64,000 nucleotides of DNA from an uncultured Alphaproteobacteria bacterium (GCA_944391695.1 CALXUO010000049.1:127-64126); one strand, 5' to 3'. Positions 1 through 10,253 are shown, counted from the first letter of the stretch. The notes: generated by a model from the letters alone, not told the origin. Translations and numbers: made by a program.

Positions 1-412
1 ATGATTGTATCAATCCTGTCTAAATTACTCATAAAGAATTTATCTAGGTTCCTTATTCATACTTCAGACTTTATTATATCTTTTTTAAGTATCATATAAT
101 ACTGTCTGCGTATCCTTTTATATCTCTTATTTACTCTTTTCTATAACCACTACCGCTTTCCGCGCTAGTGAGCAGATGTATAATCCACACCTCCTTATTT
201 GTCAACACTATTTTTTATTTTTTTTATTTTTTTTGCAAATCATTTTAACTTGTTGAAAAAACAAGCCTTTATTGCGCCAAAAATTTTTTGCATATATGTT
301 TTTTTTGCTTTTATTTAACTTAAACGGCTTTATAATAGGTTTGATTTTGTGCGACTCCGTATTGAAATACGAGTCTTTTGTTGGTTGCTTTTTTATCTAT
401 AAGGCTTTTATA

Positions 413-1255
413 ATGAAAGATGATTTTTATACCATGGGCGGCGGTCATTTTTGGGAAGATGTCTTCTTCTATCAAAAATGGAGAATCCAGAGAAATTATG
501 TAACTAAAAAATGCCGCTTACTTGATAACTGGGATATCAGGCGCCATGAGGGAAGCTTTGAAGAATGCCGCAAAGCTTTTATTGCCTATATTGAGGCATA
601 TCAATTGGCCAGACAAAAAGGTCATATGATTATTATGATCCATTCTCTCGGGCAATCAAAAAATATTTTTAAACCTTTGTGGCGCAGAGCTCTGAAAAAC
701 GGGTTTATGGCGGCCGCCGTTAACTATCCTTCTACCCAAAAGGGATTGGATGCTCATGTTAAGCAGTTCCATTTCTTTTTGGATCATTTGGAAGATGTCG
801 ATACTATCTCTTTTGTTACTTATGGCATCGGAAGTGTTATACTGCAAAAGCTTTTTGCCGATAAAGCTCAATGGCAGAGCAGGCTTAAGCTAGCAAGAAT
901 CGTCGAGGTGGCTCCTTATACCTATGGTAGTGAACTGATGGAGTTTTTGGGCGATAATAAGCTTACAGGTTTCTTTGTCGGACCGATGGCTAAAGATTTG
1001 GCGCCGGATAAAGTGAAAAAGCTGCCGCAAATATCTGAAATGCCTCTCGGAATTATCTTGACCAATAAACCTTGGTGGAAAAAAATTTTGGAAACAATTA
1101 CCCTTTCTCTTATGCCCAAACCGCTTCCAAATGAAGTTAAGGATTTGACCAAAGCAAAAGATGTTGTTTATATCCGCTCGCATAGACTTAATATTTTTAA
1201 TAATAAAGAAATATGCCGAGCAACAGTCGATTTTTTGAAAAAAGGTAAATTTTAA
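413..1255 (+). CDS. hypothetical protein (weak alpha/beta-hydrolase-like pattern)
   Basis: ORF track gives 272..1255. The TTG-initiated first 47 codons are F/L-rich and look non-coding, so ATG at 413 (MKDDFYTMGGG) is the more plausible start. 'HMIIMIHSLGQS' resembles an alpha/beta-hydrolase oxyanion strand, but I see no clean GxSxG elbow. A strong hairpin follows the gene. Confidence 0.35.
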   Translation: MKDDFYTMGGGHFWEDVFFYQKWRIQRNYVTKKCRLLDNWDIRRHEGSFEECRKAFIAYIEAYQLARQKGHMIIMIHSLGQSKNIFKPLWRRALKNGFMAAAVNYPSTQKGLDAHVKQFHFFLDHLEDVDTISFVTYGIGSVILQKLFADKAQWQSRLKLARIVEVAPYTYGSELMEFLGDNKLTGFFVGPMAKDLAPDKVKKLPQISEMPLGIILTNKPWWKKILETITLSLMPKPLPNEVKDLTKAKDVVYIRSHRLNIFNNKEICRATVDFLKKGKF

Positions 1256-1261
1256 ATAATT

Positions 1262-1294
1262 AAAGAGCTAAACCGTTATATGGTTTAGCTCTTT
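1262..1294. terminator. bidirectional rho-independent terminator between convergent genes
   Basis: Perfect 13-bp stem: aaagagctaaacc (1262-1274) pairs with ggtttagctcttt (1282-1294) around a 7-nt loop. It is T-rich on the right and A-rich on the left, and sits between the stops at 1255 (+) and 1299 (-). Confidence 0.65.
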
Positions 1295-1298
1295 TGGT

Positions 1299-2027
1299 TT
1301 ATCTACCATCCAACTTGTCATAAAAATCCTCCCATATTTTGTAGGGAGTACTTTGCGTTGTTCCCATGAAAGAATATGGAGAATATCTTATATTTGCGTA
1401 TTTTTCTCCAAACTCTTCCACCGTTGCTACCGGAATGTTTGCGACCTTCTTAAACCTTTTTCCTTTATACTCGCATACAGAATATGTTTTTCCGTCTTCC
1501 GAAAAAAGATATTTGTCTGTCCAGGTTTTGATGATCGTAATTTTTTTATATTTCGGCGGAACAATGTCATTATACCCAAACAGGCCATCTTTTTCAAAAA
1601 TATATCCGCCAATCGCCGGATATACTTCATCAAACGGCTCATATCCGTTTGTTTTGCCAAAGACGGTTTTTTTACCGTTTTCGTCGGTCACAATTTTGAT
1701 ATAACTGAGACCGGTAAAAGCAAATTCTATCCGAGAACCTGAGGCCATCTCGCGTAACGGCGGGTTTTCTTCACCGCGTAAGTTAAATAACGTTTGCTTG
1801 TCTGGCTTGTAGGCGATGAACCAATTGTCATTGTATGAACCTATGATATTTGAAATAGAATCATACTCTATCGGCAAAGCCTCTCTGTAATTTATCTCTA
1901 CGCCGTAAAGACCTTTCCATTTGTTATGCAGGAGCGTCATGCTCTCGTTTACAGGTATTCGCTCGATTCGCGTACATGACACGCTTGCGATACAACAAAG
2001 CATCGCTAAGAATAAAATTTTTTTCAT
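1299..2027 (-). CDS. putative lipoprotein, function unknown
   Basis: 242-aa ORF. The N-terminus 'MKKILFLAMLCCIASVSC' is a signal peptide with a lipobox-like SVSC. 'EKDGLFGYNDIVPPKY' faintly recalls WG/KWG-type beta repeats. Confidence 0.5.
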   Translation of the reverse strand: MKKILFLAMLCCIASVSCTRIERIPVNESMTLLHNKWKGLYGVEINYREALPIEYDSISNIIGSYNDNWFIAYKPDKQTLFNLRGEENPPLREMASGSRIEFAFTGLSYIKIVTDENGKKTVFGKTNGYEPFDEVYPAIGGYIFEKDGLFGYNDIVPPKYKKITIIKTWTDKYLFSEDGKTYSVCEYKGKRFKKVANIPVATVEEFGEKYANIRYSPYSFMGTTQSTPYKIWEDFYDKLDGR

Positions 2028-2096
2028 ATAATATGTGTTTAATTGGTTTTTCGTTTCGTTATTAACACATTTTGTCTATTAAATCAACAAAAATTA

Positions 2097-4625
2097 TTAG
2101 TGGAAACTCCAACCCATTTCTGCTTTGCCCATCTCATTGCCTTTGCCGACATGGTAGGCATAACAAGCTTCTGCCTCTTCTTTTGAAAACATACCTTGAG
2201 CTATTTCTCTTGGATCTAAACCATGCTCAAGAGCATCGCGATACCATTTGGTATAGCCATAGGCCACCTTGCTCTTCTTTACCTTGCCGTCAGCGTCTTT
2301 TTCGCGTTTTGATGCGATATCAGCAAATTTATTGAGATTTTTAACTTGTTCTCTATCAATACGGAATTTTTCCAGCTTGTTATGAATTCCATCAGATGTA
2401 AAGATCGTAACTTTGCCTTTGGCCGATACGGTGGTTATTGAACCTTTGACAATATTGTTATTGCTATCAACTTCTATCTTTTCAAAAATTACTTCACCTT
2501 TGTTGGTGGTTTTCTTTATCTCGACATAGCCGGCTTCATAATCGCAAGCTATTACTTCTTGCGAGATTATTCGTCCTTTGCGGTTGTTGGCATTGATACG
2601 ATTCTTGTTTATTTTTTGGGCGACAGCGCTAAACGTAGATTCTTTTTGCTTATCCGTCATGCCTTTGGTCATGTTATCCAATTCTTGTTTTCTGAATTCC
2701 CCTGTTGGATTGGTTACCAGCCTATCTGCTGTCAAGGTATTGGCTTTTACTTTTGTCTCACCAACTTGGTTGCCTTTTTCATCATATCTTCGGGTTATGG
2801 TGAAATGTTGAGAACGCTCAACCTCTACTCTTGAGCCGTCTTTGCTGTGTTTTATATTGGTAACAACCCCATTTTCTTGTTTGACTTCGGATACCTTGCG
2901 ACCTTTTTTCATGGTAACAACTGAAGTGGTGTTGCCTTCGACATTGGTGATTACGGTTTTGCGTTTGTTGCTTTGAACGTCTGTTACCTGACCATTCTTA
3001 TTAGCTTTGGTTTGGTCGGCAGTTGACATTACCTGTCCTTGTCTACCCGAATTTGATGCATTATTGTTAATTGCTCTTTCTCGTGCATTATTGACAAATT
3101 CTTCCGCCTTGCTTCTGGTAATGCGTCTTATTCCGCGGGCCGCACCCTTAAAGGTCTCTTTGGTGGCATAACCGACTCCCTTTAAGGCTTTTGTTGCAAG
3201 CGGCTTACTTGCTTTAAGCGCCATACCTTTGGCGGTTGAGGCGGCCATGGTACCTATTGACGAACCAATTGATGTACTGCTCATTGATGATGCAAACTCA
3301 TTGGCAAATTCTTTGGCCATATTCATAACCGACCAGGCCAAAATGAATATAAATACAAGTTTGAGGAATGGAAATGTAAACCAACCAAACTGTTTTAGTA
3401 TTGCATCAAAAGCTGTATCACCTGCCGAACTGGCCAGAAACATGCTATCAAAATTAACCCCTGCCGCTGTTATGTTGCCGGCACCTTCTGTTACAGCGGA
3501 TTTAATTGTTCCCAAAAGAATCAGCACCACTATTGTTATGAACAAAAAGGCAAACATTGAATTGAGGAATGTTTCCCAAACTTTTTTGCAATATTGACGC
3601 GTGGATTTGAAGGCAAAGCAGCCGACTGCAAACGGCAATAATGCGCCGGCAACGCCTAGTTGTAAAACCGCATCAACCATAAGGAATGGAACACCTATGA
3701 TTAAAAGCATTGAAAATGCCCATAATGCCAGGCCGGTGAGCAAATAACTAAACTTGGGGATAAATAGAAAGCCCTCTTTCCACGATTGGCACATAAACGA
3801 GCTTCCTAATGCTTTGAATTTGCGTACATAATTTTCCATCATGGTCATGGTGTTGACTATGCTTATTCCCATCTCAGCGGGCAAACCGTTGGATTCATAT
3901 TTAACACCGCTGGTATCAACTTTGACAACTGCCTCATCTCCTTGAGGACAACTGCCGTTTTCGCAACTGCTAAACATTGTATCGGCCAGAGAAAGCCCCG
4001 TTTGATAGATGGGATTAACAAAAGTATTGAAAAATTTGACCACGCCGGTACTGAGGATGAAAAAGGCCAAAACAACTATAAATCCTTGAGTTATTATGGA
4101 TTGTATTAGGTCTTTGAGATCTCTGGTTTCGATTGAGGCAACAAAAGCCAAAATCTGAATGGCCAGCCATACACCAAACGCAACTATAACCACTTTGGCA
4201 ACCGAGGAAGAAAAAGCGCTGACCGCCGTGGCTGTAATGGTGCTTACGGTATTAAAGACAACAATAAACAACGGACAAAGCAAACATTGATCGGTGCTTT
4301 CATATTTGCAGTAGGGCGCACAAGCGTTGTCTGAATCGGTGCATTTTAATCTTTGGAAATATTTTTCTAAAGATTCGTTGAGAATTTGTTTACTGTTTCC
4401 TCCGGGATTAAGAGCTTCTGTAATTGCAAGATCTCTGTCTTGAATTTGTTGTAGCTGGCTCGGGCTTAAATTATCTCCATATATTTTATTATAATTGTTT
4501 TTTATTTTCATATCTATTCCAAAGTCTTCTAAACCGTCAGCAAAAGAGCATGACGGTGCAAGAACCGCGCAAAAGATTATTACGGCTAAGGCATATATGA
4601 TGTTATGTAAACTCAAATTTCTCAT
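2097..4625 (-). CDS. virB6: VirB6/TrbL-like polytopic membrane protein with a hydrophilic C-terminal extension of about 360 aa
   Basis: 842 aa with a signal peptide. The 'CLLCPL' CxxC motif directly precedes the first of many TM helices ('VVIVAFGVWLAIQILAFVASIE'). The post-TM motif 'IGTMAASTAKGMALKASKP' is shared with the paralogs at 7902 and 53388. It is the last gene of four tandem paralogs. The long K/T/V-rich tail resembles the extended RvhB6 proteins of Rickettsiales. Confidence 0.65.
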   Translation of the reverse strand: MRNLSLHNIIYALAVIIFCAVLAPSCSFADGLEDFGIDMKIKNNYNKIYGDNLSPSQLQQIQDRDLAITEALNPGGNSKQILNESLEKYFQRLKCTDSDNACAPYCKYESTDQCLLCPLFIVVFNTVSTITATAVSAFSSSVAKVVIVAFGVWLAIQILAFVASIETRDLKDLIQSIITQGFIVVLAFFILSTGVVKFFNTFVNPIYQTGLSLADTMFSSCENGSCPQGDEAVVKVDTSGVKYESNGLPAEMGISIVNTMTMMENYVRKFKALGSSFMCQSWKEGFLFIPKFSYLLTGLALWAFSMLLIIGVPFLMVDAVLQLGVAGALLPFAVGCFAFKSTRQYCKKVWETFLNSMFAFLFITIVVLILLGTIKSAVTEGAGNITAAGVNFDSMFLASSAGDTAFDAILKQFGWFTFPFLKLVFIFILAWSVMNMAKEFANEFASSMSSTSIGSSIGTMAASTAKGMALKASKPLATKALKGVGYATKETFKGAARGIRRITRSKAEEFVNNARERAINNNASNSGRQGQVMSTADQTKANKNGQVTDVQSNKRKTVITNVEGNTTSVVTMKKGRKVSEVKQENGVVTNIKHSKDGSRVEVERSQHFTITRRYDEKGNQVGETKVKANTLTADRLVTNPTGEFRKQELDNMTKGMTDKQKESTFSAVAQKINKNRINANNRKGRIISQEVIACDYEAGYVEIKKTTNKGEVIFEKIEVDSNNNIVKGSITTVSAKGKVTIFTSDGIHNKLEKFRIDREQVKNLNKFADIASKREKDADGKVKKSKVAYGYTKWYRDALEHGLDPREIAQGMFSKEEAEACYAYHVGKGNEMGKAEMGWSFH

Positions 4626-4634
4626 CTTGCACCT

Positions 4635-6560
4635 CTACTTTCCGTTGCCAGAACTTTTGCCCTTGAACTTGCTAGCTATATTGCGGGCTGTTTGTTGGGG
4701 GTGTCTTATGGCTCGTCCCGTTCCCTGCATCAATTTTTTTATGCCTATGCCCGCCTGATTGGCAACGATATCTTTGGCCAGATTAGCTCCGGTTATGCTG
4801 GTTACCATCTTACGGGTATAGTCCGTCATCATTGTGGCCGTACTGTGCATCGGCGAAGAATCGCCAAACGCATTGTCGGGGAAGAATTTGTTAACCAGAT
4901 CAGAACTTGTCTGCTGGACTAGCTTATAAAAGTATATCAGCGCAAATACCATTGTTACAAATATCGGAGAGAACAGATAAATTGCATCGTTAATCTCATT
5001 ATTTACTTGTTCTTCCATTTCTTCGGTGGCGGTGCCAAGCGTTATACTGTCAAGCTTTTCGAACAGGGCATCCAGTCCGCCCACAGTTGCACTCTCCCCA
5101 AACAAACTTAGGCCAAAGCCCGTCATTAGGGCCAAGAAGGCAAACAGCGCCGCCGATTTGGCTATAATGCTGATGATGATAAATAATTTTCCTTGCGTCA
5201 TATTAAACGGCCATAGTCCCATCACAATCGGAAAGGCCAAAACCGCAAAGCCAATCTTGAACGAAATGTCCAAAAAGTAGTATCCTACAGCCCAAATCAA
5301 TAAAAACCCCAAACACCAAATAATGCAACCGCTGATCCAAATGAAAAAGTTCGGCATAGACATAAGGGTTACATTAAATGCTTTTATGTTTATGGCTCCG
5401 CCGTTTTCAAGACCGGCATAGCACATTACCGAATTGCCCAAAACCATTATATCCGACATTTTGTACGTTATCGAGGCGATTGCTCCCAGCATTGAATCCA
5501 TGACTGATTTCGGAAAAATTGACGGATAGCCGCTGTCTGAGATTGAGCTCTCAATTTCTTTTGCTATTTCTTCATAGGTGGTATATTTGACGCCGCCTGT
5601 ATCGGTTTCTTCGGTTTCACTATTATAATCCGTGGTGAAAGATTTGGTATCTCCGTGCCAGAACATTTGGCCGATGGTTGATCCGACACTCATTATCGGT
5701 GTAATAAGATATTGGCTTAAGACATTGTTGCTATATATAATAACCCAATAGGCCAGCATTACTTTGAACAAAAATTTGAGAAGTTCGTTTAATATGTTGC
5801 CCAGCTGGATTTGGGTGAATGACGAAACATTTTTTAATCCCCAAAAAACAAGCCAAATACCTGTTCCAACCCATAAAACAACCAAACCTGCCTTTTTGGT
5901 TACGCCCATGCCGTTGTCGGCGGCGCCTAAAAATGCCTCGGTAAGATTTCCTATTACCAAACAGGACCAACACCCTGCTTCATATTTGGCGCGAAGTTGT
6001 TCGGTGGTGGGACAGCCTTGTAACACTTTGGTTATAGCTTTACTAATTTTTCTTTCATAACGATCTGCTTTATTTTCTTTTCCCTGATCAGTATAATATT
6101 CAACATTATAAGCCTTTGCATCTCTGGCTGCTTGCGCCAATGTGTTTTGAAGTTTCGTATATTCTTCTTCGCTTATATAATTGTTCTTTTTCATCCTCTC
6201 AAGATATTTATCAGCATTGTTAATTGCACTAGTAATATCCTTTTTATTATTCGTTTGCGTTTGGGTAAATGCACTTACTTGTCTTAGATAAGATTTAAAA
6301 TTATCAGATGCACTTTTGTACTGTCCTGAATTTTCGGCTTTGTCGGCTTTAGCCAAAATACTTTCTATTCCAGCTAGATAATCTTTTTTAGACTGAGTAT
6401 CAGAATTCTGGGGTGTTGCGGTAGTTGATTCTTCTTTGTTTTGAGTATCTAGAGTTTGAGCAGAAGAAACTTGCACAAACATCAGTATTATGACGGTTGT
6501 GAGCAACCATAAGCAAACATCCTTAAATATTTTTTTATATATATTGATTCGCTTTGTCAT
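4635..6560 (-). CDS. virB6: VirB6/TrbL-like membrane protein with a coiled-coil N-terminal extension of about 190 aa
   Basis: 641 aa with signal peptide 'LLTTVIILMFVQVSSAQ'. The K/E/Q-rich N-terminal domain is followed by the 'CWSCLV' CxxC motif, 'GIWLVFWGLKNVSSFT', and multiple TM helices. It sits in tandem with the other paralogs. Confidence 0.6.
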   Translation of the reverse strand: MTKRINIYKKIFKDVCLWLLTTVIILMFVQVSSAQTLDTQNKEESTTATPQNSDTQSKKDYLAGIESILAKADKAENSGQYKSASDNFKSYLRQVSAFTQTQTNNKKDITSAINNADKYLERMKKNNYISEEEYTKLQNTLAQAARDAKAYNVEYYTDQGKENKADRYERKISKAITKVLQGCPTTEQLRAKYEAGCWSCLVIGNLTEAFLGAADNGMGVTKKAGLVVLWVGTGIWLVFWGLKNVSSFTQIQLGNILNELLKFLFKVMLAYWVIIYSNNVLSQYLITPIMSVGSTIGQMFWHGDTKSFTTDYNSETEETDTGGVKYTTYEEIAKEIESSISDSGYPSIFPKSVMDSMLGAIASITYKMSDIMVLGNSVMCYAGLENGGAINIKAFNVTLMSMPNFFIWISGCIIWCLGFLLIWAVGYYFLDISFKIGFAVLAFPIVMGLWPFNMTQGKLFIIISIIAKSAALFAFLALMTGFGLSLFGESATVGGLDALFEKLDSITLGTATEEMEEQVNNEINDAIYLFSPIFVTMVFALIYFYKLVQQTSSDLVNKFFPDNAFGDSSPMHSTATMMTDYTRKMVTSITGANLAKDIVANQAGIGIKKLMQGTGRAIRHPQQTARNIASKFKGKSSGNGK

Positions 6561-6578
6561 AATCGTTCTCCGCTACCC

Positions 6579-7883
6579 CTACTTTCGGCCAGCCCATTGA
6601 TGCATCTTGGCGCGAATCGCCGAACCCTTTTGCAAGGTTTTTCCTATGCCCTGAATCAATTTAATATTGGAGCTTGCCATGGCCGATGTGCCAAACGTTG
6701 CCAGCATACCCAAACCGTGCAAAATACCCGAGCCAATGCCTTGAACTGCTGCTTTTAGATTCTTTTGGAAGTTGGACGATAGTCCGGTTCCCAAAAGCGC
6801 CGAGGTCAGCTGCTGCGATACCCCCATTGAACCATAGATGAGAAAACCTATTAGCAATAAGCACAAGAAACCTAGGCTTATGTCTCGCATGCTGCCTTCC
6901 AAATCTGGCGGGTTGAATATTGCTTGATTTTGATTAATCAGACTTATCATCGCTACCAAAACCATGGCGACTATAACCGAAAAACACATCATAAACGCCG
7001 ATGAGGCCAAAACATGGGCAAAGCCTTTTTTCGTCCAGGCCCGTGTCGGTCCAAAAGCATAGGATACAACATATATCGGAAGCAATAAAATTATTATCCC
7101 CATCTGAAAAATGGTGTCAACCAAATAAAAACTGAAACCAATTTTTACTACCCAGAAGAATAAAAACAGTATTATGGCCATAATCTTGCTGGTTAGGTTG
7201 TTTTCGGTTTGGCGCATAACCGTGATTGCTATGTCCCCGCCGATAGTAAGATAGGCTGACAACATCTCGACCATGCACCTCATTGCTTCGCCGATTGATA
7301 CCGGAAAGCTTTTGGCGTCAACAAATGGTTTGCCGCTGATTGAGCAGCTCATTTTTACCCCTTCGACTACAACATTAGTGCCAAAAACCTTGAAATCTGT
7401 CTGCTCTGCCGGGGTGAATGACGCATTTAATATCCTTATGCCTAACTCTAAAAAGGCATAGTAAATCGGGAAAATAAACGTGTTTATAACATATATAAGT
7501 CCTTCGGAAGAAGATGCCAACAGCCCGCAGAACAGGCAAAGCGCCGCTTTGCGCAAAATCTCGTTCCAGACTTCTCCGGGGTTGGTCTCGGTGACCGAAC
7601 TTACAAATTTGAGCAACCTTAGCGCCAGCCATATCGAAAAACCAACCATCATTATCGGCATGGCCGCTTGAGTTAGTTGCCCGTGCATCATCATAACGTT
7701 ATCGCCTACGCTGTTATATATCAATACCAATATTTTGCAACTCAAACACTCTTTATCATTGGTGTCGACACCTTCTATAACTATGGAGTCTTTGTTGTCC
7801 GAACAAGCACCAAGCATTAAAACCACTATTGCAATTATAAGTAGTTTTGAAAAAATTCGGGATATGTCGTTCCAATGTTTCAT
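6579..7883 (-). CDS. virB6: VirB6/TrbL-like membrane protein (core-only paralog, possible lipoprotein signal)
   Basis: 434 aa. The N-terminus 'LLIIAIVVLMLGAC' has a lipobox-like LGAC. The 'CLSCKI' CxxC motif is followed by 'FSIWLALRLLKFVSSVT' and at least 6 hydrophobic helices. There are no long extensions. Confidence 0.65.
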   Translation of the reverse strand: MKHWNDISRIFSKLLIIAIVVLMLGACSDNKDSIVIEGVDTNDKECLSCKILVLIYNSVGDNVMMMHGQLTQAAMPIMMVGFSIWLALRLLKFVSSVTETNPGEVWNEILRKAALCLFCGLLASSSEGLIYVINTFIFPIYYAFLELGIRILNASFTPAEQTDFKVFGTNVVVEGVKMSCSISGKPFVDAKSFPVSIGEAMRCMVEMLSAYLTIGGDIAITVMRQTENNLTSKIMAIILFLFFWVVKIGFSFYLVDTIFQMGIIILLLPIYVVSYAFGPTRAWTKKGFAHVLASSAFMMCFSVIVAMVLVAMISLINQNQAIFNPPDLEGSMRDISLGFLCLLLIGFLIYGSMGVSQQLTSALLGTGLSSNFQKNLKAAVQGIGSGILHGLGMLATFGTSAMASSNIKLIQGIGKTLQKGSAIRAKMHQWAGRK

Positions 7884-7901
7884 TGCTATATCCTTATCAT
7901 T

Positions 7902-10253
7902 TTAATCCATCTCATCAAGTTTCTTTCTGTCAATACGCGGACCAGATGGCTTGTTTGTTTTGTCCTTTTGCGGGCTTGTGCCTTGATCTAAAGGTTGTTG
8001 CGGCGAATCGCCCCTTGTTTGTTGCTCCTGATTGGTATCAGGTGTTGTTCTGTCTTGCGGCTTATTATTTTGCTCATCTTGCGGCAAACTGCCCCTTGCT
8101 TGCTGCTCCTGATTGGTATCAGGTGTTGTTCTGTCTTGCGGCTTGTTATTGTTTTGCTCATTTTGCGGCAAAGTTTTGCCGGGTTCTCTAGAGTTTAGGA
8201 CATTGTCTTTACGACCAATGGTTGCTTTTTTGTTTTGCTCCGTATTAAGCGGTTTGCCGGTTTTGTTGCCTTTGCCGACAACGGCTCTGTTGGCAGGATT
8301 TTGAGCCGATGCTTCGTTTCTTGCTACCGCTCCTGCTTTTCTGCCGGAATCTGAAGCCCTGGAAATTGCATCATCTATCTTGTTGTAGGCCCATCTCCTT
8401 ACCGGACGCATAGTAATGATATTGCCAACCATTCTTGTTCCTTTGATTGCTTTGTCTTCTGCCCAATTGCCAACTGCTTCTCTGGTCGGCGCTGTAGCTT
8501 TTTTGGCCACTCCTTTGATGGCCGAGGCTCCCATAGTGGCCAAAGACGGAGCAGAGGCTTTCATACCACCACTGGAGAAGCGATTAACCAACTCAGATAC
8601 TCGGGCAAGCAGCAAAAAGCCTAAGATATTGGCAAACAGAAATACCAAAAATCCTACGCTTAGGACATTTACCATAATCCTTAGCTTTTCGGTATCAATA
8701 TTGTCTATTGCCTGAACCAGCTCATAAAGACCACCACCCGAAATTGTTTGCTGTGAGGTCTCAATCTCGGTATTGAGCTCAACCGCCTTGCTTATAAGGC
8801 TTATGCTGATTTTTACAACCAATCCTATCATCATAAAGGTGAAAATGCTGTTTAGCAATATCTTAAAACCGGTCGAGGTATATTTTGAAGTAATCTTGAA
8901 CGGCCAACTGGCAATAAGAAACGGCAACAATGCGCCAACAACTCCGAGTTGAACCACCGCATCGAGTATGTAAAATATAAACGCCAGACAAGACAAGAAC
9001 CCAAAAAGCGAGAAGAATAGGCCGTAGATAACACAACCAAAACCAAGACCAATTTCCCATCCATTCTCTCCGAATATAAGTAAAATATATCTCCAGCCCA
9101 AACAGTTCAAACCGCTGCCAATGGCTTGCAATAATGAATAGTTAAGATTGATGTTGTAGGCCAAATTTTCTAAGCTGGAATAGGTAAAAATATTGTAATA
9201 GTTGTTGTCTAGGTTGCGCGCATAATCAAGAGGTAAATTCTCGCCCAAACCCTGTAATGATGCTACGCTCAAATTGCCTATCTCAAAACGCTTTTCAACC
9301 GATGTGCCGCTGGCAAAACTTAAACCAAACTCCAATCCCGCATTTAACAGCGGATTTATTATAAAAGTGAAAACATCATCGTAATAAAGCAACAAGAAAA
9401 AGGCGATTATAAATTTGTAGCTTTGTTTAAGCATTTCGGTAATGTATTTGGCCGCATCTTGACTGGTCATTGAGCTTACAAAAACAAAAGTTTTCATCGC
9501 CATCCATATCGCCATGCCCACCGCTATGACAATTGCGAATCCTGAGGCTAATGCGTTTCTTGAAATTGCGGCCACACTGTCGGCTGTTTTGAAGATAACT
9601 CCTATCAGCGAACAGAATCGACATTTGCTGTCGTTATATACCCTGACCGGAATAACATCACATCCACGCTCTTTGTCGTTGCCGCTGCGAATTATTATCT
9701 CGTTACCTACTGTCTTTGCACAATATTGCACCGTTTCACCAGTTGGTTCTTGGGCTGTATAACAGGTTTTATCTAGTTCATAAGATTTGCTTGAGGTGTT
9801 TCCTCCTTCTTTTGCGGTGACTGTACTTATGCTTCCTGATCCTCCTTCAATTTCGGACCAACCTTGAGATGTCATTGTAGCTACTTCATCTTTGGGAACA
9901 CAAATATATTCAATGCGCACGGTGGTGGCTGCTTTGCCGCGGTTAAGTATTGTATTGATGATGGTTCGCCCCGCGGATAAATTACCTTTTGATAAACACT
10001 TTGAGGTGGCAAGATTGCAGATTTCCGTGCCGCACTGGACTATGTTGGTGTTTTTCCACCCTTCCTTTTGCCCATAGTCCGATACAAACTGGCTGTAGCC
10101 TTCGGCTGTGGCGTTTTCTTGCATAAACTCCCAGGGATCTTGATTTAGCCTGACAATTTCGTCAGTTGAAAAAGCGACAGAAACCGGCAGACAAATGCTT
10201 AGTAACAGTCCGAAAAACAAAAAAGCAAATATTTTACTCGTCGCTTTTGTCAT
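7902..10253 (-). CDS. virB6: VirB6/TrbL-like membrane protein with a Cys-rich N-terminal ectodomain and a repeat-bearing P/Q/N-rich C-terminal tail
   Basis: 783 aa with a signal peptide. The N-terminal ectodomain is about 210 aa and Cys-rich ('VQCGTEICNLATSKC...KCRFCSL'), and it is alignable by eye to the N-terminus of the ORF at 53388. This is followed by 'MAIWMAMKTFVFVSSMT', many TM helices, and 'LATMGASAIKGVAKKATAPT'. The tail carries two 'PQDEQNNKPQDRTTPDTNQEQQ' units. Confidence 0.65.
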   Translation of the reverse strand: MTKATSKIFAFLFFGLLLSICLPVSVAFSTDEIVRLNQDPWEFMQENATAEGYSQFVSDYGQKEGWKNTNIVQCGTEICNLATSKCLSKGNLSAGRTIINTILNRGKAATTVRIEYICVPKDEVATMTSQGWSEIEGGSGSISTVTAKEGGNTSSKSYELDKTCYTAQEPTGETVQYCAKTVGNEIIIRSGNDKERGCDVIPVRVYNDSKCRFCSLIGVIFKTADSVAAISRNALASGFAIVIAVGMAIWMAMKTFVFVSSMTSQDAAKYITEMLKQSYKFIIAFFLLLYYDDVFTFIINPLLNAGLEFGLSFASGTSVEKRFEIGNLSVASLQGLGENLPLDYARNLDNNYYNIFTYSSLENLAYNINLNYSLLQAIGSGLNCLGWRYILLIFGENGWEIGLGFGCVIYGLFFSLFGFLSCLAFIFYILDAVVQLGVVGALLPFLIASWPFKITSKYTSTGFKILLNSIFTFMMIGLVVKISISLISKAVELNTEIETSQQTISGGGLYELVQAIDNIDTEKLRIMVNVLSVGFLVFLFANILGFLLLARVSELVNRFSSGGMKASAPSLATMGASAIKGVAKKATAPTREAVGNWAEDKAIKGTRMVGNIITMRPVRRWAYNKIDDAISRASDSGRKAGAVARNEASAQNPANRAVVGKGNKTGKPLNTEQNKKATIGRKDNVLNSREPGKTLPQNEQNNNKPQDRTTPDTNQEQQARGSLPQDEQNNKPQDRTTPDTNQEQQTRGDSPQQPLDQGTSPQKDKTNKPSGPRIDRKKLDEMD
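8010..8174 (-). repeat. in-frame tandem duplication (81/84 bp units) in the VirB6-like C-terminal tail
   Basis: 'gccccttg.ttg.tgctcctgattggtatcaggtgttgttctgtcttgcggctt' occurs at 8010 and again at 8091 with few mismatches. It encodes units of 27-28 aa. Confidence 0.8.

Noticed and set aside
1-271. A possible RNA gene or partial gene at the left edge, and tRNA or sRNA genes in the other intergenic gaps
   Set aside because: I could find no cloverleaf-compatible sequence, rRNA-like stretch or convincing ORF with an RBS by eye. The region looks like AT-rich promoter or spacer sequence, though a covariance-model scan was not possible.
272-412. The N-terminal 47 codons of the first ORF (TTG start)
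   Set aside because: The F/L-rich translation comes from an AT-rich promoter-like region. The internal ATG at 413 begins the globular part, so I trimmed the ORF.
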